Positions 61,010 through 64,000 of a DNA stretch of 64,000 nt are shown here, piece by piece. Position 1 is the first letter of the stretch; each line of letters opens with the position of its first letter. The notes below the pieces were generated by a model that ran no database searches, was not told where the DNA came from, and was given only the letters and a program-made list of their open reading frames with translations. The stretch covers positions 1 through 64,000 of IMG/VR virus record IMGVR_UViG_3300013936_000017. The stretch is one strand, 5' to 3'. Made by a program: the position numbers and the translations under genes. Origin of the DNA: a virus (taxonomy: Duplodnaviria; Caudoviricetes).

Positions 61010-63169
61010 ATGAGAAGATTACAGATTCTTCGTGGCCAGCTTCAATATAAGCCGGAACTTAAAGACGGAGAGTTCTTTTTAGATAAAACAAATCATTCAC
61101 TCCTTATTGGTGATACGGCTGTTGCTGATGGCCAATTTGAGCTTGCTAAGGTTAGTGCCATTACCAATCTTCAACAACAATTAGACACAACTGTGCCAAC
61201 TAGTACATCTCAGCTCACCAACGACTCAGGCTTTATCACGTCTGCACAAGCCCCTGTTCAATCAGTGGATGGCGCAACTGGTGCTGTTACGACCAACGCA
61301 GTTAAGTATACGTCACAGGCGCTAACAGACGCTCAAAAGACACAAGCCCGTACTAATATTGGTGCTGGCACTAGCTCATTCTCTGGCAGTTATAATGACC
61401 TTGACAATAAGCCAGCAATTCCTAATAAAACAAGCGAGCTAACCAATGATAGCAATTTCATCACGTCTGCTGGTGCTCCTGTCCAATCTGTCAATAGCAA
61501 GACGGGCACTGTAACCCTTAGTGCATCTGATGTAGGAGCGGTTCCTAATACTCGCACTGTTAATGGTAAGGCGCTATCTGCCAATATTACACTTACGGCA
61601 AGCGATGTTGGCGCACTACCTGATACAACGGTTATTCCAACAGTTCCTGTTTATAGCTTAACAAAAGATGCAACTAGCGCTGATTATGCCGCTGTTTATC
61701 ATCTAACAAAAGATGGTACAAATGTTGGCGAGCCAATCAACATTCCTAAAGACCTATTCGTAGAGTCTGGTGAAATTGTTGATAATCCTACTGGCCAACC
61801 TGCTGGCAAGTATATCAAGCTAACTCTACAGAATCAAGAAGACCCGATTTACATCAATGTTGCAGACCTAGTTGATGCGTATACTGCTGGCAATGGTATT
61901 ACTATTAGTGATAATAATGTCGTGTCTGCAAATGTGTCTGCGGGTAATGGTTTGAGCGTTGATGCTAATGGCATTAAGATGGGCGCGGCTAGTAGTACAT
62001 CTGCCGGTGCAATGTCAAGTGCTGATTTTACTAAGCTATCTGGCATTGAAACAGGCGCTCAAAAGAACACCGTTACTAGTGTTAATGGCTCTACTGGTGC
62101 TGTTACAATCACAGTTCCTACTAAAGTAACTGACCTTACTGATGCCGCTGATTATGCAACTGTCACTAGTGTCAATGCTGTTGCTGATGATGTTGAGATG
62201 CTTAATGATGAAGTTGGTACACTAACTACTGATGTAAGCACGCTCAAGACGAACATCACATCTAAGCAGAATACAATCACGGGTGGCGCTAGTACGATTA
62301 CAGATAATAATCTTACTGCTAGTAGAGCACTTATTTCTAATAGCAGTGGCAAAGTTGCTGTTAGCGATATTACAGCTACTGAGCTTGGTTATCTTGATGG
62401 TGTAACGAGTAATATTCAGACACAGATTGATGGAATTACAGTCCCCACTAAAACATCTGAACTAACTAATGATAGTGGATATATTACTCAGAGTGATGGC
62501 GATGATAGATATTTACAGTTGACGGGTGGTACTGTTACTGGGCCTTTAGGTATGGGTGACCAGTTAAATATGAATAATAATCCAATATATGCCGCAAGTA
62601 AGATAACTACGAATATGATAGATGTTTCTATAAAAATGACTACAGATGACTTAGTGGCAAATGGTACTATTGACTTTAGGAATGCAAATGATGAGGATAG
62701 GTTTACATTATACAATCCTAATATTTCTATAAGACCTTCGGCCGATGACCTTTCTAGGATTCCTTATTATATAAGTTTAAACTCTAATGCGGATTATTAT
62801 CAGATTTATTTCTCGAATCCAAAGCTGAAAATTATTGGTCTTACAGACCTTGATTCTAATGCGACTGGTTATTATGCCGCTAATAAAAATTACGTCGACC
62901 AGTACGCCACTCACGCCACTCTCGTTACCCTCACTGTTGCTGGCTGGGATTCCACTTCTAAGACGCAGACGGTCACAGTATCTGGCATTCTTGCCGATGA
63001 ATCCAAGCAGCTAATCATCCCCATGCCAGCAGCTGCATCTATGACTGCATATAATGATGCTGGTATTCAATGCACAGGTCAAGCTGCTAATAGTCTAACA
63101 TTTACTGCCACTACTGTGCCTACTGCGGCTATCAGTGTGTACGTTACTTATCAGGCAGTAATTAGTTAA
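61010..63169 (+). CDS. Long tail fibre with Mtd-type N terminus
   Basis: LQILRG...LKDGE; TSELTNDS.FIT, VQSVN, ASDVGA repeats; AANKNYVD. Confidence 0.82.
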   Translation: MRRLQILRGQLQYKPELKDGEFFLDKTNHSLLIGDTAVADGQFELAKVSAITNLQQQLDTTVPTSTSQLTNDSGFITSAQAPVQSVDGATGAVTTNAVKYTSQALTDAQKTQARTNIGAGTSSFSGSYNDLDNKPAIPNKTSELTNDSNFITSAGAPVQSVNSKTGTVTLSASDVGAVPNTRTVNGKALSANITLTASDVGALPDTTVIPTVPVYSLTKDATSADYAAVYHLTKDGTNVGEPINIPKDLFVESGEIVDNPTGQPAGKYIKLTLQNQEDPIYINVADLVDAYTAGNGITISDNNVVSANVSAGNGLSVDANGIKMGAASSTSAGAMSSADFTKLSGIETGAQKNTVTSVNGSTGAVTITVPTKVTDLTDAADYATVTSVNAVADDVEMLNDEVGTLTTDVSTLKTNITSKQNTITGGASTITDNNLTASRALISNSSGKVAVSDITATELGYLDGVTSNIQTQIDGITVPTKTSELTNDSGYITQSDGDDRYLQLTGGTVTGPLGMGDQLNMNNNPIYAASKITTNMIDVSIKMTTDDLVANGTIDFRNANDEDRFTLYNPNISIRPSADDLSRIPYYISLNSNADYYQIYFSNPKLKIIGLTDLDSNATGYYAANKNYVDQYATHATLVTLTVAGWDSTSKTQTVTVSGILADESKQLIIPMPAAASMTAYNDAGIQCTGQAANSLTFTATTVPTAAISVYVTYQAVIS

Positions 63170-63229
63170 GAATGATAATATTGGGAGATAGGCAATTAAG
63201 TCTATCTCCCAATGAAAGGTGGATTGAAT

Positions 63230-63991
63230 ATGATTTATAATGTGATTGAAAGAAAAGCTGCTAAGTTTGATTGGGGCGATGAAACAGCTATTGGCGATGC
63301 AGACTGGTGGGCTGGATTAAAGAGATGGATTACTACTAATGCTAGTGCTGATGATAGAGCTGCTTGTGTTGGTAAGAAGAAATTGGTTAGCTTGTCAACT
63401 GCTGTGCTTGGTGCTAATGCTGCTACTATGGTTTGTATTGGAGCCGACCAAGATGGGGATAATACGTTGGCGTTTCAAACATTAGGAGTTTTGCCAAATA
63501 CATTGACATTTGATATTTATGGCAGAGTTGCTTGGATTGGTTCTAATGTTAGGTCGGAATGTGAAAACTTCTACAATTACGGCTCGGCTAAAAATGCAAT
63601 TAAAATTGTCAATAAAGGCACTTGTCCAAATTATAGTTCTTCTCGCAATGCATCAGTTACATACTCTGATGAAACAGTATTTCTCTTATCGGAAAGAGAA
63701 ATGGGATTAAATAAATATTCTTCTCTTTCAACCAATAATAGTACAACAACAAAGGCTGAATGTACATATGGTTATAATGCATCGTATAGCTATTACACAT
63801 CCAGCGCGCAAAGACTTAAATATGTTATGGATGCAAATGGCATATTGACTTCAACTACGTCCAACTATTATGAGCGCTCGCGTTGTTATAATGTCACTAA
63901 TGCGGTATGCTATATTTGGATGGATGGAACAGCAGACTATACTGGTTCTAGTGCTTTATATCGTCTTGCACCAGCATTTGTAATTGGATAA
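63230..63991 (+). CDS. DUF6273-like (C-type lectin fold) receptor-binding protein
   Basis: VFLLS.RE, YYERS and C-terminal APAF.I motifs. Confidence 0.7.
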   Translation: MIYNVIERKAAKFDWGDETAIGDADWWAGLKRWITTNASADDRAACVGKKKLVSLSTAVLGANAATMVCIGADQDGDNTLAFQTLGVLPNTLTFDIYGRVAWIGSNVRSECENFYNYGSAKNAIKIVNKGTCPNYSSSRNASVTYSDETVFLLSEREMGLNKYSSLSTNNSTTTKAECTYGYNASYSYYTSSAQRLKYVMDANGILTSTTSNYYERSRCYNVTNAVCYIWMDGTADYTGSSALYRLAPAFVIG

Positions 63992-64000
63992 GGAGTAATT

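Noticed and set aside
63230-64000. Complete diversity-generating retroelement
   Set aside because: No reverse transcriptase, accessory gene or TR/VR pair within the window

Overview
This is a 64-kb segment of a large SPbeta-like siphovirus genome, most likely infecting gut Firmicutes (Clostridia). The left arm (1-16 kb, mostly minus strand) carries a 9-aa-repeat protein, a tyrosine recombinase, HU, five tRNAs (including a rare Ile-UAU) separated by structured spacers, and a SleB-like hydrolase. It also has two long non-coding tracts around a block of small early genes, plus FolD-like, deaminase, DUF3310, HNH and DUF4041/GIY-YIG (SNIPE-like) genes. The right arm (16.3-64 kb, plus strand) carries a BRO-N regulator, a YonO-type single-subunit RNA polymerase, a phosphoesterase, terminase, portal, protease/scaffold, capsid, neck, tail tube, RuvC, tape measure, baseplate and several fibre genes. 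Six group I introns can be reconstructed by hand: one in the RNA polymerase gene, one in the tail tube gene and four in the tape-measure gene. Two observations stand out. (1) A CXXX-repeat radical-SAM/SPASM modification cassette with a 42-Cys target sits inside the tail morphogenesis operon. (2) A divergent group I intron in the tape-measure gene carries a small membrane-protein gene with its own promoter instead of a homing endonuclease. Family assignments come from motif recognition and synteny, not database searches.
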